A stretch of 64,000 bases of DNA. It comes from an uncultured bacterium. GTDB taxonomy: Bacteria; Krumholzibacteriota; Krumholzibacteriia; LZORAL124-64-63. Location: NCBI GenBank assembly GCA_963772145.1, contig CAVYVY010000024.1:130870-194869 (forward strand), in the 5' to 3' direction. Below are positions 29,157 to 39,997 of the stretch, in pieces (within the stretch, counting starts at the first letter, position 1; every line of letters begins with the position of its first letter). Made by a program: the position numbers and the translations under genes. The notes under the pieces are model-generated. The model was not told where the DNA came from, did not search any database, and worked only from the letters and a program-made list of their open reading frames with translations.

Positions 29157-30036
29157 TCACGGACGAGACGGGCCGGCCTGCTCGACCTCGTCCAGGTTGA
29201 CCTGGCGGACCGCCTCGATCGGCCGGCCCAGGAAGCGGGCGCCCGCCTCCGCGAATTTCCACGGCACGTCGCTCAGCCAGAACTCGAGCTGCGGCCGCGC
29301 CGGGGCGCGTCGCCGCACCGGGCCGACCGGCGACCGCGGCCGCGGCGGCCAGCCGCGCTCGGCCAGCGTGCGGGCGGCCGCCTCCGCCAGCGCCTCGGCC
29401 GAGTCCACCAGCGCCGTCTCCGGCTCCATGAAACGGCTGATGGCCGGCTTGAGCAGCGGGTAGTGCGTGCAGCCGAGGATCAGCGTGTCGACGCCCGCCT
29501 CGCGCAGCGGCAGCAGGTACTCGGCCACCGCCATCTCGCGTGATCGGATGCTCGGTCAGCCCCTCCTCGACCAGCGGCACGAAGAGCGGGCACTCGCGCG
29601 CGCGGACCCGCGTCCGCGCCCAGCCACGCCGCGCCAGCCCCTCCTGGTAGCGCCCGCTGCGGATCGTGCCGCTGGTGCCGATCACGCCGATCGGCCCGCC
29701 GCGCGTGCGCGGCCAGCGCGGCCTCGCACGCCGGGCTCGATCACGCCGAGCACCGGGCACCGGGAACTCCTGCTGCAGGTCGTCGAGCGCGAAGGCCGAG
29801 GCGGTGTTGCACGCCACCACGATCATCTTGACGCCCTGCGCGTGGCAGGAAGGCGGCGTCCTGGCGCGCGAACGCGCGCACCGTGCTGCGCGCCCTTGGT
29901 GCCGTACGGCACCCGCGCGGTGTCGCCGAAGTAGATGAAGTCCTCGTCCGGCAGGCGCGCGCAGCAGCGCCCGCAGGACCGTCAGGCCGCCCAGCCCGGA
30001 GTCGAAGACGCCGATCGGGCCCACGCTTACCGCCAC
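29157..30036 (-). CDS. murI: Glutamate racemase, frameshifted
   Basis: [24 protein letters not shown]...[26 protein letters not shown]...[15 protein letters not shown]...[10 protein letters not shown] (ORF 27355-30036) and [21 protein letters not shown] (ORF 29157-29534). Confidence 0.9.
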
Positions 30037-30632
30037 CTCCGCGGATCGAAGCGGGCTGTCGAGCGCCAGGTGGCCCGGCCAGCGTCTCGACCTGCTCGCC
30101 CGCCACGAGCAGCGTGCAGGCGCGCACCTCCGGGAAGTTGAGCGCGATCGTGCGCAGGATGGCGTCGACGGTGGCGCGCTCGGCGGCCGAGCCGCCGGGG
30201 TGGTTGTCGCGCAGCTCGCGGCTGAAGTCGATCAGCACCGCCGCCTGGCGCTCGTCGTAGAAGACCGCCAGCGGACGCGCGCCCGCGCGGGATGGGGCCG
30301 ATCGCGCCGCGGGTCTCCGGTCCGGCGCACAGCGCCTCGACCACGGCGCGCAGCTCCTCCTCGAGCCGGTTGCTGGCCGGGAGCTGGCGCTGCTCGGTGA
30401 TCATGCTCAGCGCGTCGGCGCTGACGAAGACCAGCTGCACGCTGCGCGTCCCGGGCGGCACCGCCGACGTGTCAGGCGCGGACCCCTCGGAGGCCGGCGC
30501 GTTCGCCGCTGCGCGCCACCGCTGCCACGAAGCGCAACGCCACCACGCCCAGCACCACCAGCGCCGCGATCGACGGCCAGGGCGAGCCAGAGGCGGACGC
30601 CGCGCGCCGGAGCCCCTGCCGGTCGCCGTCAT
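30027..30632 (-). CDS. GerMN-domain lipoprotein-like protein (GerM family), frameshifted
   Basis: ATGA overlap with the amidase stop. There is a TM/signal segment, [15 protein letters not shown]. Then [41 protein letters not shown] and [53 protein letters not shown]. Confidence 0.7.
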   Translation of the reverse strand: MTATGRGSGARRPPLARPGRRSRRWWCWAWWRCASWQRWRAAANAPASEGSAPDTSAVPPGTRSVQLVFVSADALSMITEQRQLPASNRLEEELRAVVEALCAGPETRGAIGPIPRGRASAGGLLRRAPGGGADRLQPRAARQPPRRLGRRARHRRRHPAHDRAQLPGGARLHAARGGRAGRDAGRATWRSTARFDPRRWR

Positions 30633-32218
30633 GGCCGCTCCTCCCCCTCGGTGCGTTCCCGGCGCCGGCGTGGCGGTCGCGATACTCCAGGATCGCCTCG
30701 CCGATCGTCCGCGCCAGCAGCCGCTGGTGCTCGGGATCGATCAGCCGCGCCTCTTCCGCGCCGTTGGAGAGGAAGCCCATTTCGACCAGGACCGCCGGCA
30801 TGTAGGCGCCCACCAGCACCCGGAAGCCGGCCTGCTTGACGCCGCGGTTCTCGGCGCCCAGCGCGCGGCAGAGCCCGGCCTGCACCGACTTCGGCCAGCT
30901 CGCTGCTGTCGGTGATGAAGCGGTTCTGCACGAGGTCCCAGAGGATGAACTCGAGGTCGTCCGCGCCCCCCTCCGCCGCCCAGTTCTCCTCGCGCGCCAC
31001 CGAAGCGTCGCGGTCGGTCCTGGCCGGCGAGAGGAAGTAGGTCTCCACGCCGGTGGCGCGTTCGCTGAACCAGCCGTTGCAGTGCAGCGAGACGAACAGG
31101 TCGCCGCCGGCCTGGTTGGCGATCTCCGCGCGCCGGGCGAGCGGCACCGCGCTGTCGTCGTCGCGCGTGAGGACGACCTCCAGTCCGCCCTGCCGCTCGA
31201 GCACGCGCTTCAGCTCGCGGGCCACGGCCAGGTTGACGTCCTTCTCCAGCGCTCCGTCCGACCCGATGCGCCCGGTCTCGTCGCCGCCGTGACCGGCGTC
31301 GACGACCACGGTGCGCACGGCGATCACGCGCTCGGGCGCGGCGGCGACTCGGCGGCCGGCTCCGGCGTGAGACGCCCGCGCGGCGTCGGCTCCGGCAGCG
31401 CCCCGAGCTGCTCCTCCTCGAGCATCAGCACGATCTCGCCGCCGTCCTCGGCGGCCGTAGGCGCGGTAGCGCGTGACCAGGCCGCTCACGCGCACCCGGA
31501 TCAGCGCGTCGGTGCCGACCTGCTCGGCGCTCACCGCCTCGACCAGTCCCCGCGGCGCGTCCAGGACGACCTGCGCCGCATCCACCGTGCCGCCGTAGAT
31601 CTTCAGCAGCAGCAGCCCCGGTTCGGGACTCTCGGCGCGATAGGTCAGCGTCTTGCCGCAGGTGAAGTGCAGGGCGGTGGCGCTCGAGAGCTCCTCCACC
31701 CGCAGGCCGGTCACGTCGGCGCGTTCCCCGCCGACACCGAGCGTCAGGCGCGAGGAATCCCAGCGCACCGGCTCGCGCAGCGCCGGTCCCACGACGCGGA
31801 TCAGGAACTCCAGCGGCACCCACAGATCGCCGGCGCGGGCGAACACCGGCGCGCGCAGGAGGGTCTCGCCGGCGTCGCCGGTCACGAGGCGACTGCCCGC
31901 GGTGAGATTGAAGTTACGGCCGCCGGCGCGGAAGACGAGCCGGTGCCCCTCCTCCTGCCAGTCGCGGCGCGCCCCGAACAGCGACGCCGCCCCGCTCGTG
32001 GAGACGTACACCTCGAGGCTGCCTGCCAGCAGCCGGCGCCCCTCGATTTCCAGCCCGGAGCGGGTGGCGGACAACGTGGCCTGCACGACCAGCGCCGGCG
32101 CGTTGGTATCGAGCCGCGTGAAGGCGTCCGGATCGGGGGTCTCGGCCGCCGCGCAAACCGGCCGGAGCACCGCCGTCGCGAGCAGCCCGGCCAGGACGAT
32201 CAGCACGACCGCGGACAC
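30629..32218 (-). CDS. N-acetylmuramoyl-L-alanine amidase (AMIN domain + Amidase_3), frameshifted
   Basis: VVVDAGHGGDETGRIGSDGALEKDVNLAVARELKRVLE...ANQAGGDLFVSLHCNG...TGVETYFLS and GVKQAGFRVLVGAYMPAVLVEMGFLSNGAEEARL (ORFs 30629-32218 and 30472-30885). Confidence 0.85.
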   Translation of the reverse strand: MSAVVLIVLAGLLATAVLRPVCAAAETPDPDAFTRLDTNAPALVVQATLSATRSGLEIEGRRLLAGSLEVYVSTSGAASLFGARRDWQEEGHRLVFRAGGRNFNLTAGSRLVTGDAGETLLRAPVFARAGDLWVPLEFLIRVVGPALREPVRWDSSRLTLGVGGERADVTGLRVEELSSATALHFTCGKTLTYRAESPEPGLLLLKIYGGTVDAAQVVLDAPRGLVEAVSAEQVGTDALIRVRVSGLVTRYRAYGRRGRRRDRADARGGAARGAAGADAARASHAGAGRRVAAAPERVIAVRTVVVDAGHGGDETGRIGSDGALEKDVNLAVARELKRVLERQGGLEVVLTRDDDSAVPLARRAEIANQAGGDLFVSLHCNGWFSERATGVETYFLSPARTDRDASVAREENWAAEGGADDLEFILWDLVQNRFITDSSELAEVGAGRALPRAGRREPRRQAGRLPGAGGRLHAGGPGRNGLPLQRRGRGAADRSRAPAAAGADDRRGDPGVSRPPRRRRERTEGEERP

Positions 32219-32291
32219 TCCGGCCGCCAGCCGCCCCGCGGACCGAACAGGACACGCGGATGGCGAAGCACGCCCGCCGGAAGGATCGTCA

Positions 32292-32795
32292 TCAGTCGTC
32301 GCCCCTTCCGCGGCCGGGTCCCCGGCGCCCGAGCTGGCTGGCGATGCGGCGGTCGGTGTCGCGCCGGGCGGCCGCGTCGCGCTTGTCGTGCAGCTTCCTG
32401 CCCCGCCCGAGACCGATCTCCACCTTCACCAGCCCTTTCACGTTGAAATAGAGGCGCAGCGGCACGAGCGTCAGGCCCTGTTCGTCGATGCGCGGGCGCA
32501 GCTGGCGCATTTCGCGCCGGGTCAGCAGCAGCTTGCGGCGCCGGAACGGCTCGTGGTTCTCGCGGTTGCCCTGCTCGTAGGGGCCGATGTGCAGCTTGAC
32601 GAGCCAGCCCTTCGCCGTCGCGGATCTCGGCGAAGGAATCGCCCAGATTGGCCTTGCCCTGCGCGCAGCGCCTTCACCTCGGTGCCCAGCAGCACGAGGC
32701 CGGCCTCCCAGGTGTCGAGGATCTCGTACTCGTGCCGCGCCCGCCGGTTGCCGGCGATGAGCCTTGATCCCCTCTTCCTTGCGCTGCGCGCCCAT
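32292..32795 (-). CDS. smpB: SsrA-binding protein SmpB, two frameshifts
   Basis: [35 protein letters not shown] (ORF 32522-32866) and [37 protein letters not shown]...[32 protein letters not shown] (ORF 32292-32795). Confidence 0.9.
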   Translation of the reverse strand: MGAQRKEEGIKAHRRQPAGAARVRDPRHLGGRPRAAGHRGEGAARRARPIWAIPSPRSATAKGWLVKLHIGPYEQGNRENHEPFRRRKLLLTRREMRQLRPRIDEQGLTLVPLRLYFNVKGLVKVEIGLGRGRKLHDKRDAAARRDTDRRIASQLGRRGPGRGRGDD

Positions 32796-32882
32796 GCCGG
32801 CCTTTCCGCGGGCCCGCGAAACCGGCCCGGACGGAGGAAACTAGCACCTCGCCGAAAGAGTGACAAGGCGCGACAGACAGGG

Positions 32883-32911
32883 TTGACACCCCCGGGCGCG
32901 GGGGCTAGATT
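32883..32911 (+). promoter_or_regulatory. Sigma70-like promoter of tRNA-Leu
   Basis: TTGACA (32883-32888), 17 nt, then TAGATT (32906-32911). The leader then contains two short hairpins: GACGCGG..CCGCGTC at 32921-32940 and GGATCGGC..GCCGATCC at 32941-32958. Confidence 0.6.
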
Positions 32912-32962
32912 GAGCGGCCCGACGCGGCATCGTCCGCGTCGGATCGGCCTGCCGATCCGAGT

Positions 32963-33049
32963 GCCCGGATGGCGGAATTGGTAGACGCGCTACGTTCAGG
33001 TCGTAGTGAGGGAATCCTCGTGGGAGTTCGAGTCTCCCTCCGGGCACCA
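32963..33049 (+). tRNA. tRNA-Leu (anticodon CAG), long variable arm
   Basis: GCCCGGATGGCGGAATTGGTAGACGCGCTACGTTCAGGTCGTAGTGAGGGAATCCTCGTGGGAGTTCGAGTCTCCCTCCGGGCACCA. The anticodon loop is TT-CAG-GT. Confidence 0.95.
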
Positions 33050-33075
33050 GGTCACTCCCCGCCCCCCGTCCCCCG

Positions 33076-34440
33076 TCATTTGATGTAGCCGAGCGAGCGC
33101 AGCTGCTGGCGGATCGCCTCGTCCACCTGCGGGTCGACCCCCGCCGTATCGGCGCGCGCCCGCGGCGCGAGCGCCTGGTAGCTCGGCACGCGGTGCTGCT
33201 CGATCCGCTTCAGGAACCGGCGTCCGTCGGCGTTCAGCTCCGCGGCGAACGGGCGGCCCGGCATCTCGGCGCTGGCCGGCAGACCGAGCAGCATCAGGAA
33301 CGTCGGCGCGGCGTCGATCAGGTCCACCGTGCCGCCGCGCGCGCCGGCCGCATGCCAGGGGCTGCGCACCACGAAGATCCCCTCGCGACGGTGCTGCTCG
33401 GCGCCCAGGGTCCAGCCGCGCTTGCGCTGCCGTCCGCCGTAGAAGCCGTGGTCCGACAGCACGACGAGCGGCCGGTCCGGCGGGAACCACGACATCACCT
33501 CGCCCAGCATCTCATCGACGAACATGTAGTAGCGCGGCACCACCTGGCCGAACAGAGCCCGTTCGTCGGGGGTCGCCGGAGCGGGACTCCGGTCGGTCTG
33601 CCAGAAGCGCCAGAAATCGTGGCAGACCATATCGAGGCCGCGCAGGTAGAGCACGAACAGCGGCGCTGCGTCCCGCGCCGCGAGCCAGCGGCCGATCTCG
33701 AGGTACGAACGGTCCGCGGCATACAGCTCACGCAGCCTCTGCAGCAGATTTTCGATGGCCGGCGTGCGGGGGACTCGCGCCAGCACCTCCGGATCGATGA
33801 AGCGACCCAGCTCCGCGTCGGTGACGGCGTCGGGCGCAACCCGTAGCGCCTCCACCTGCGACTGCAGCGAATCGGGAGCCGTCAGGCCGCCCAGCGCGGT
33901 CCGTCCCGCCACCAACCACGGCAGATAGTCGCTCACCATCACCCCCTGGATCGCCCACGCCGGGTGGGTGACCCACCAGCCGATGACATCGCTGCGCAGG
34001 CCGGCCGCGTTGGCCACGTCCCAGAAGGCCGGCACCCGCCAGGCGTTGCTGCGGGTGGGGGTCTGCTCGCCGCCGCCGGCCGCCTCCTTCACGAACCCCC
34101 CCACGCCGTGATCGGCCGGCTGGCGTCCGGTGGCGATGCTCGCCCAGAGCACGGGCGATTTTTCGAGCGGCACGAAACTGAGCAGATCGGCGCGCGTCGA
34201 CTGGGCCAGCAGCTGCTGGAAGTGCGGCATCCGGCCCGCCGCCAACAGCGAGTCGAGCGGAATCCAGTCGGCCGCATCGATCCCGAGCACCACCAGCCGG
34301 CGCTCGGCCGGCACCGACGCGCGGCGGCCACAGCCCCCCGCCACGGCCAGCAGCGCCAGCGCCGCCCCACCAACCACCAGCGCCGTCCGACGCCCCGCGC
34401 GGCCGCGGCCCCGCACCGCCCTCAAAACACCTTCCCGCAT
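33076..34440 (-). CDS. Type I phosphodiesterase/nucleotide pyrophosphatase family (alkaline-phosphatase superfamily) lipoprotein
   Basis: GGAGG RBS 7 nt before ATG 34440. Lipobox LLAVAGGCG. LVVLGIDAADWIPLDSLLAAGRMPHFQQL...SPVLWASIATG...VLSDHGF. Intact. Confidence 0.75.
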   Translation of the reverse strand: MREGVLRAVRGRGRAGRRTALVVGGAALALLAVAGGCGRRASVPAERRLVVLGIDAADWIPLDSLLAAGRMPHFQQLLAQSTRADLLSFVPLEKSPVLWASIATGRQPADHGVGGFVKEAAGGGEQTPTRSNAWRVPAFWDVANAAGLRSDVIGWWVTHPAWAIQGVMVSDYLPWLVAGRTALGGLTAPDSLQSQVEALRVAPDAVTDAELGRFIDPEVLARVPRTPAIENLLQRLRELYAADRSYLEIGRWLAARDAAPLFVLYLRGLDMVCHDFWRFWQTDRSPAPATPDERALFGQVVPRYYMFVDEMLGEVMSWFPPDRPLVVLSDHGFYGGRQRKRGWTLGAEQHRREGIFVVRSPWHAAGARGGTVDLIDAAPTFLMLLGLPASAEMPGRPFAAELNADGRRFLKRIEQHRVPSYQALAPRARADTAGVDPQVDEAIRQQLRSLGYIK

Positions 34441-34581
34441 ACCGTTACCTCCGCTTCCTGGCCTGGCGCTCCAGCGTCCCCCTACAGCCGCCGCCACCCC
34501 GGCCGATCCAAGATAGCGGACCGGTCGGCCCGGTGCCAACCGGTCCGCACCTTGCTAACACGACCCGGGGGGGAATGGCCC

Positions 34582-35901
34582 ATGCGCTGGATCGACATCG
34601 ACCTCGCCGACCCGCAGCGCCGCCGCGCGGCCGCGCCCCTGCTGGACCGGGCGGCGGCGCGCGCCGCCGCCGTGCCATCCCTGCAGGAAAAGGCCGGCGT
34701 GGACAGTCCGGTCGTCACCCGGGAGATCCTCGCCACCGGACAGCTGCTGTGGCAGGCGGTGCTGGCGGTCGATCCGTTCGCCTTCTCGCCGGCGCGGGGC
34801 TGCGCCGGCGGCGTCGACCCGTGCGTCGGCGCGGCGGAGAACGACCACGGCCACGGCTACCATTTCGTGGTCGCGCCTCAGGATCTGACCCTCCCCTGGA
34901 GCTGGCTGCACAACGGTCCGGGCTTCCTGCTCGCGCACTACCCGCTGGCCGCCGGAACGACCGGCACCTGGGCCGCGCCCGGCGCTCCGACCCGCGCCTG
35001 GATGGGGCGGCATCGCGACGCCCTGCTGGCCGAGCTGGTGCAGGGACGGCGTCCCGGCCTCGCACCGGAGCGAGCGCGCCGGCGCCGCGGCCGCGCGCAT
35101 CCTGTTCCTGGCGGGGCATTGCGAGCCGACCGTGCGGCCCCTGCTCTACCGTGAGGCCGAGGCGATCGACGACGCGCTCGGCGCGGCCGCCCTGGCCCCC
35201 GCGCTGGCGGCGCTCTGGGTGCCGGAACAGGCGATCGCCCCCGGCGCACTGGCTCGCCCCGACGGCGGCTGGCAGGCGGTCCACTTCGCCGGGCCGACCT
35301 CCCGTCCGCCCGCGGCGGAGGCGGAAGAGCCGTGGTCGGCGCTGGTGCAGACGGGCTGGGCGGACGGCGTCGACGCGCCGGAAAACACCGATGAGCCCGC
35401 TGTCGTTCGAGGAGGTCGGCGAGCTGGAGCTGGTCGGCGTGGATCCGATCTCCGCCCTGCTCGACCAGGTTGCGACACGCGCCGCGCATCGCGCGGGACC
35501 GGCCGCCGGACGGCGCGCGCCTGGCGGCCCCACCCGTCCGCGCGGCGGAACGGCCGCGCTGGCTGCTCGAGGACGGGCCGGTGCATCCGGAAAATTTCGG
35601 CCGCGCCGGCGGCGCCCCGCCGTTCGTCTTCTCGAACAGCTACCTGAGCCTGCCGGGCCTGGGACCGCGCTTTCTCGCCGCCGGCGCCTCGACATTCGTG
35701 GGACCGGTGGCGGCGATCCTCTCCGGGCCGGCGCGCGAGTTCGCGGCGCGGTTCTACGGCTGCCTCGGCGACGGATGGAGCACCGCCGCCGCGCTGCGCG
35801 GCGCGGCGCTGGCCTGTCGCGACCGCTACGGCGAGGCGCACCCGGCCTGGCTCAGCTACGGGCTGATCGGGCACGGCGGCCTGGCGCTGCAGTATCTCTA
35901 G
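34582..35901 (+). CDS. CHAT-domain-like protein, frameshifted, with the catalytic Cys not evident
   Basis: C-terminal pattern PPFVFSNSYLSLPGLGPRFLAAGASTFVGPVAAILSGPAREFAARFYGCLGDGWSTAAALRGAAL...HPAWLSYGLIGHG. His-type motifs ILFLAGHCEP and AVHFAGP. The pieces lie in ORFs 33964-35154, 35132-35647 and 35470-35901. Confidence 0.4.
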
Positions 35902-35924
35902 GCCAGCGCCGCGGCCGGATTCCC

Positions 35925-36750
35925 TCAGGCGTCGACGTCGTGCCGTCCGATGAGGGCGATCAGTTCGTCGTGGACGAGCCCGTTCGTCGCCACCAGGTCG
36001 GTCGCGCCGGGGCTGGTAGGGCACGCCCTGGTGGTCGGTCACCCGCCCCCCCGCCTCCCGCACCAGCAGGATGCCGGCCGCGACGTCGTAGAGCGGCTGC
36101 GGCTCCCCCTTCCCGGCCACCAGCGCGTCGAAGCGGGCGTCGGCCAGATAGGCCATCTCCAGCGCGATGGTGCCGAGGCGCCGCATCTTCATCGTGCCGA
36201 GCAGCACCGCCTGCAGCAGCGCGGCGTTGGTGATGAAGCGCCCCTTCTTCTGCAGCTGCGCGCTGACCACCGCCTCCGCCAGTTCCGCCCGCCCGCTGAC
36301 CCGCATCTTCGCGCCGTTCAGACGCGCCCCCTCCCCCGCGGTCGCGGTGAAGCCCTCGTCGAACAGCGGGTTGTAGATGGCGGCGGTGAGGATCTCGTCG
36401 CCGTCCATCAACGCCACGCTGGTGCAGAAGGCCGGCAGACCGAGCGCGAAATTCAGGGTGCCGTCGATCGGATCGAGGTGCCAGACCCGCCCGGAGGGGG
36501 GGCTGTCGGGCTCCGCGGGCCGCCCCTCGCTCCGGCCGTACTCCTCGCCCCAGATCGCATCCTCGGGGAACCGCGTCCGGATGCGCGCCGACAGCAGACG
36601 CTCGATTTCCCGGTCGGCCTCCGTGATCGCCTCCCGCCCGTGCTTGAAGCGAAGCGGTCCGGTGCGGCGGAACAGGCCGAGCGCGATTTCGCCCGCCTCG
36701 CGGCACCAGGTCGTCAGCAGTCTTTCGGTTTCGGGCAGCCTGGGGGTCAT
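35925..36750 (-). CDS. Inositol monophosphatase family protein (SuhB/CysQ-like), one frameshift at a G4/C4 run (36009-36012)
   Basis: AGAGGA RBS. EADREIERLLSARIRTRFPEDAIWGEE...WHLDPIDGTLNFA...AAIYNP...RRLGTIALEMAYLADARFDA...PLYDVAAGILLVREAGGRVTD. Removing one C restores ...QPGATDLVATNGLVHDELIALIGRHDVDA-stop at 35925. Confidence 0.85.
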
Positions 36751-37141
36751 GCGGAGTCCTCTCTTCCGGCCGGCGGGCGGCTCGGGACGCAGACGGGCGG
36801 CCAGGGCGGCGAACCCGGCCCGGGCGTTGGCAACGATGGCGGCGATCTCCTCCGGCGTGGCGGCGTCCTGGTGGATCCCGGCCACCACGACACAGCTCCG
36901 GCCGGCGGCGGACGCGAGGAGGGCGGCCCCCTCCTCGGCGAGCGGGCCCTCGCGGTGGCCAGGAACCGGGCAGAGCCCCGCGATACGCCCCGCAACGGGC
37001 CCCGTGGGCCGGCGCGCGCACGGCCACCGCCCCCGCGTGCGCCTCCCCCCCGGTGACGAGGAGCACCAGATCGCGCCCCTGCCCCAGCAGCGTGAGCCGG
37101 ACCGCCCGGCGCCCCTCGCCCAGCGTCAGGTCGGCGAGCAT
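36751..37141 (-). CDS. Small LpdD-like (prenylated-flavin chaperone-like) domain protein. One frameshift, and no stop codon before the IMPase start.
   Basis: DLVLLVTGGEAHAGAVAV...PVPGHREGPLAEEGAALLASAAGRSCVVVAGIHQDAATPEEIAAIVANA matches my recollection of the LpdD pattern (H.GAVAV ... GHKDD ... AGIH.D.IT.EEI). The family call is from memory only. Confidence 0.4.
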
Positions 37142-37377
37142 CGTTCCGGGCGGCGACCGTGGTGGGATCGAGGGTCATGCCGGACCGGCCTCCTGTCGCG
37201 ACGTGCGTCTCGCGGCGGCGCGGCAAGATAGCCTTTGACGCCCGCGACGTCCGTTGGGTAATAAGGTATATTCCCGAGGGGTGGGGGGGAACCAAAACCC
37301 GCGTCCGGCCGTTATGAGGCGGATCCCCCGATCGTCAGCGACCCCGCGACCCGCGTCGCGCCGAAACACGGAGCGCC

Positions 37378-39984
37378 ATGTCCCCTGCGCGGCCGCCTGG
37401 CCACCGCACGTCGCCGCTCGGCAGCTTCCTCGCCTCGCAGGGTCTGCACCTGCTGCTGGGGATCGCGGCCGTGACGGTGTCGGTGTTCGCCGCGGTGGAC
37501 GCCTTCCAGCAGCGGCCGAACGACGGCACCGTCTGGCTGCTGGGACGGCCGGAGATCGTGGTGCTCGAGGCGCCCGACCGGCCGGGCGCCTCCCCCTCGC
37601 CGCTGCGCCCGGACGACCGCATCCTCGGCATCGCCAACCGGCTGGTCGCCTCGCCCCAGGAGGCGGCCTCGCTGCTGCGCCGCCAGGAGGTCGGGCTCCG
37701 TCGTGCCGTACCTCGTCCGGCGCGACGGCCAGGACCTCATCGTGCCGGTGCGCCTGACCCCGTTCCGCGTGGCCGACCGCCTCTACATCTACAACCTGGT
37801 GCTGGCGGTGATCTACATCGCCATCGGCTTCATCATCTATCTCAAGAGCCTCAACGACCAGGCGGCCCGGCTCTTCTTCACCCTCTGCCTGCTGTTCGGC
37901 ATCTTCTTCGTGACCAACCTGAACCGCTCCAGCTACTTCTGGGGCGACATCATCACGCAGAACGCCGGCGCCTTCGCCCGCTTCTGCCTGCCGGCGATCT
38001 TCCTCCACTTCTTCCTGGTCTTCCCCGAGAAGAAGGTCTTCTTCACGCGCTATCCGTTCGCCGAGCCGCTGATCTACCTGCTGCCCGCGATGTTCTACGT
38101 GCGCTTCACGCTCGACCAGTTCTTCGGCTCGCACGCGCCGCGCATCGGGGTGGAGCAGTGGCTGGCCCTGGGCATCTTCTTCTCGGCGGGGCTGATCGCG
38201 CTGCTGCACAGCTACCACAGCTATCGCGACCCGCTGCAGAAGCAGCGGGTGCGCATCCTGACCATCGGCACCGTGACCGCGGTCGTGCCGTTCCTGATCT
38301 TCAAGGTCGCGCTGGACGAGATGACCGCCAATTCCAACCTGGCGTTCCTGGGCATCGCCCCGCTCGTGGCCATCCCGGCCTCGTTCGGCTACTGCATCGC
38401 GCGCTACCGCGTGATGCAGGTCGAGGTGATCCTCAAGCGGAGCCTGATCTACACCGTGCTGACCGGCGCGGTCGTGGCGTTCTACTTCGTGCTCGCGCTC
38501 GGCCTCGGCGTGCTGTTCGTGCGCCTCAGCCGGCAGACGAGCCAGATCGTGCTGGTCGGCGCCACCCTCGGCATCGCGGCGCTGCTCTGGCCGGCCCGCA
38601 CCCGGGTGCAGGACCTGCTCGACCGCCGCTTCTTCCGCACCCGCTCCCACCTCGCCAGCGTGCTGCAGGACTTCAGCCGCGAAATCCCGCGCCTGATCCA
38701 GCGCGAGGTGCTGCTGCAGCGGGTCGGCGCGCGGCTGTGCCGGGTGCTCGACCTGCCGGCGCTGGCGGTCTACCTGCGCGACGATTCCGGGCCGCAGGTC
38801 GCCTGGCGTCTCGCCGGCCGCGTCACGCCGGAGCCCGATCCGGCCGTGACGCCGGAGCGGGGCCGCTCCGCCCCCGCCTTCCCGCACGAGCTGTCGCTGG
38901 CCACGACCGCGCCCGCGCCTGGAACGGTTCAACGAGCCGCTCTGGGTCGAGGCGCCGGGCACGCGGCCCGACGAGCTGTCGCCGGCCATCACGCGCGAGC
39001 AGGAGGAGCTGGCGCAGCGCCTCGATCGAGCAGGAGCTGCTGGCCCGCGCCGGGCTGGCCCTGCTGGTGCCGCTCGCCTCGCAGGGACGCCTGGTCGGCC
39101 TGTTCGCGCTGCCGCACAAGCACAGCGACGACGTCTTCCAGGTGCAGGACCTCGACCTGCTCACGATCGTGGCCGGCCAGGTGGCGCTGCAGGTCGAGAA
39201 CAGCCGCCTCTACGAGGAGGAGATCGAGAAGCAGAAGCTGGAGGAGCAGCTCGCGCTGGCGCGCTCGATCCAGAGCCGCCTGCTGCCGGGCCGCATCCCG
39301 AGCGTGCCGGGCGTCGAGCTCTTCGCGGTCAACATCTCCAGCGCCCAGGTCAGCGGCGACTACTACGACCTGATCGAGCGCCATGACGGCTGCCTCGGCC
39401 TCGTCATCAGCGACGTCAGCGGCAAGGGGATCCCGGCCAGCCTGCTCGCCTCCAGCCTCCAGGCGGCGCTGCGGGCGCACTGCGACAGCAGCGACTCCCC
39501 CGGCCTGATCCTCGAGCGGGTGAACCGCAACCTGCACGCCAGCACCGATCCGCAGCACTTCGCCACGCTGTTCCTGGCTTTCTACGATCCCCGCACGCGG
39601 CGCCTGCGCTACAGCTCGGGCGGTCACAATCCGCCGGTCCTGCGCCGCCGCGACGGCACCATCGAGCTGCTCGAGGAGGGCGGGCTGCCGCTGGGCGCCT
39701 TCGACTTCGGCAGCTACGCCGAGGGAGAGGTGGCGCTCGACGCCCGGAGACGTGCTGCTGCTGTACACCGACGGCCTGACGGAAAGCTGCAACGACGCGG
39801 GCGAGGAGTTCGGCGTGGAGCGGGTGGCGGAGACGCTGCACCGCCACCACGAACTGCCGGCCGGCGAGTTCATCCACCAGCTCGGCGAGGCGCGGCAGCG
39901 GTTCAGCGGACGCGCCGAGGCCGACGACGACGTCACGCTGGTCGCCCTCAAGATCCGGCACGGCGGCCGACCGCCGCGGCGTGA
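37378..39984 (+). CDS. PDZ + polytopic membrane + GAF + PP2C/SpoIIE serine/threonine phosphatase, at least 4 frame changes
   Basis: PDZ-like LRPDDRILGIANRLVASPQEAASLL. About 8 TM helices (ORF 37703-39373). GAF-like LLVPLASQGRLVGLFALPHK..LLTIVAGQVALQVENSRLYEE. SpoIIE-like LARSIQSRLLP...VSGDYYDLI...LVISDVSGKGIPASL...LLLYTDGLTE...DDDVTLVALK. Confidence 0.85.
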   Translation: MSPARPPGHRTSPLGSFLASQGLHLLLGIAAVTVSVFAAVDAFQQRPNDGTVWLLGRPEIVVLEAPDRPGASPSPLRPDDRILGIANRLVASPQEAASLLRRQEVGLRRAVPRPARRPGPHRAGAPDPVPRGRPPLHLQPGAGGDLHRHRLHHLSQEPQRPGGPALLHPLPAVRHLLRDQPEPLQLLLGRHHHAERRRLRPLLPAGDLPPLLPGLPREEGLLHALSVRRAADLPAARDVLRALHARPVLRLARAAHRGGAVAGPGHLLLGGADRAAAQLPQLSRPAAEAAGAHPDHRHRDRGRAVPDLQGRAGRDDRQFQPGVPGHRPARGHPGLVRLLHRALPRDAGRGDPQAEPDLHRADRRGRGVLLRARARPRRAVRAPQPADEPDRAGRRHPRHRGAALAGPHPGAGPARPPLLPHPLPPRQRAAGLQPRNPAPDPARGAAAAGRRAAVPGARPAGAGGLPARRFRAAGRLASRRPRHAGARSGRDAGAGPLRPRLPARAVAGHDRARAWNGSTSRSGSRRRARGPTSCRRPSRASRRSWRSASIEQELLARAGLALLVPLASQGRLVGLFALPHKHSDDVFQVQDLDLLTIVAGQVALQVENSRLYEEEIEKQKLEEQLALARSIQSRLLPGRIPSVPGVELFAVNISSAQVSGDYYDLIERHDGCLGLVISDVSGKGIPASLLASSLQAALRAHCDSSDSPGLILERVNRNLHASTDPQHFATLFLAFYDPRTRRLRYSSGGHNPPVLRRRDGTIELLEEGGLPLGAFDFGSYAEGEVALDARRRAAAVHRRPDGKLQRRGRGVRRGAGGGDAAPPPRTAGRRVHPPARRGAAAVQRTRRGRRRRHAGRPQDPARRPTAAA

Positions 39985-39997
39985 AACGAGACGTCCC

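Noticed and set aside
27355-30036. An 893-aa ORF spanning rdgB, rph and murI.
   Set aside because: Only its murI N-terminal and central rph portions are genuine. The rest is an out-of-frame read-through made possible by GC-rich sequence and indels.
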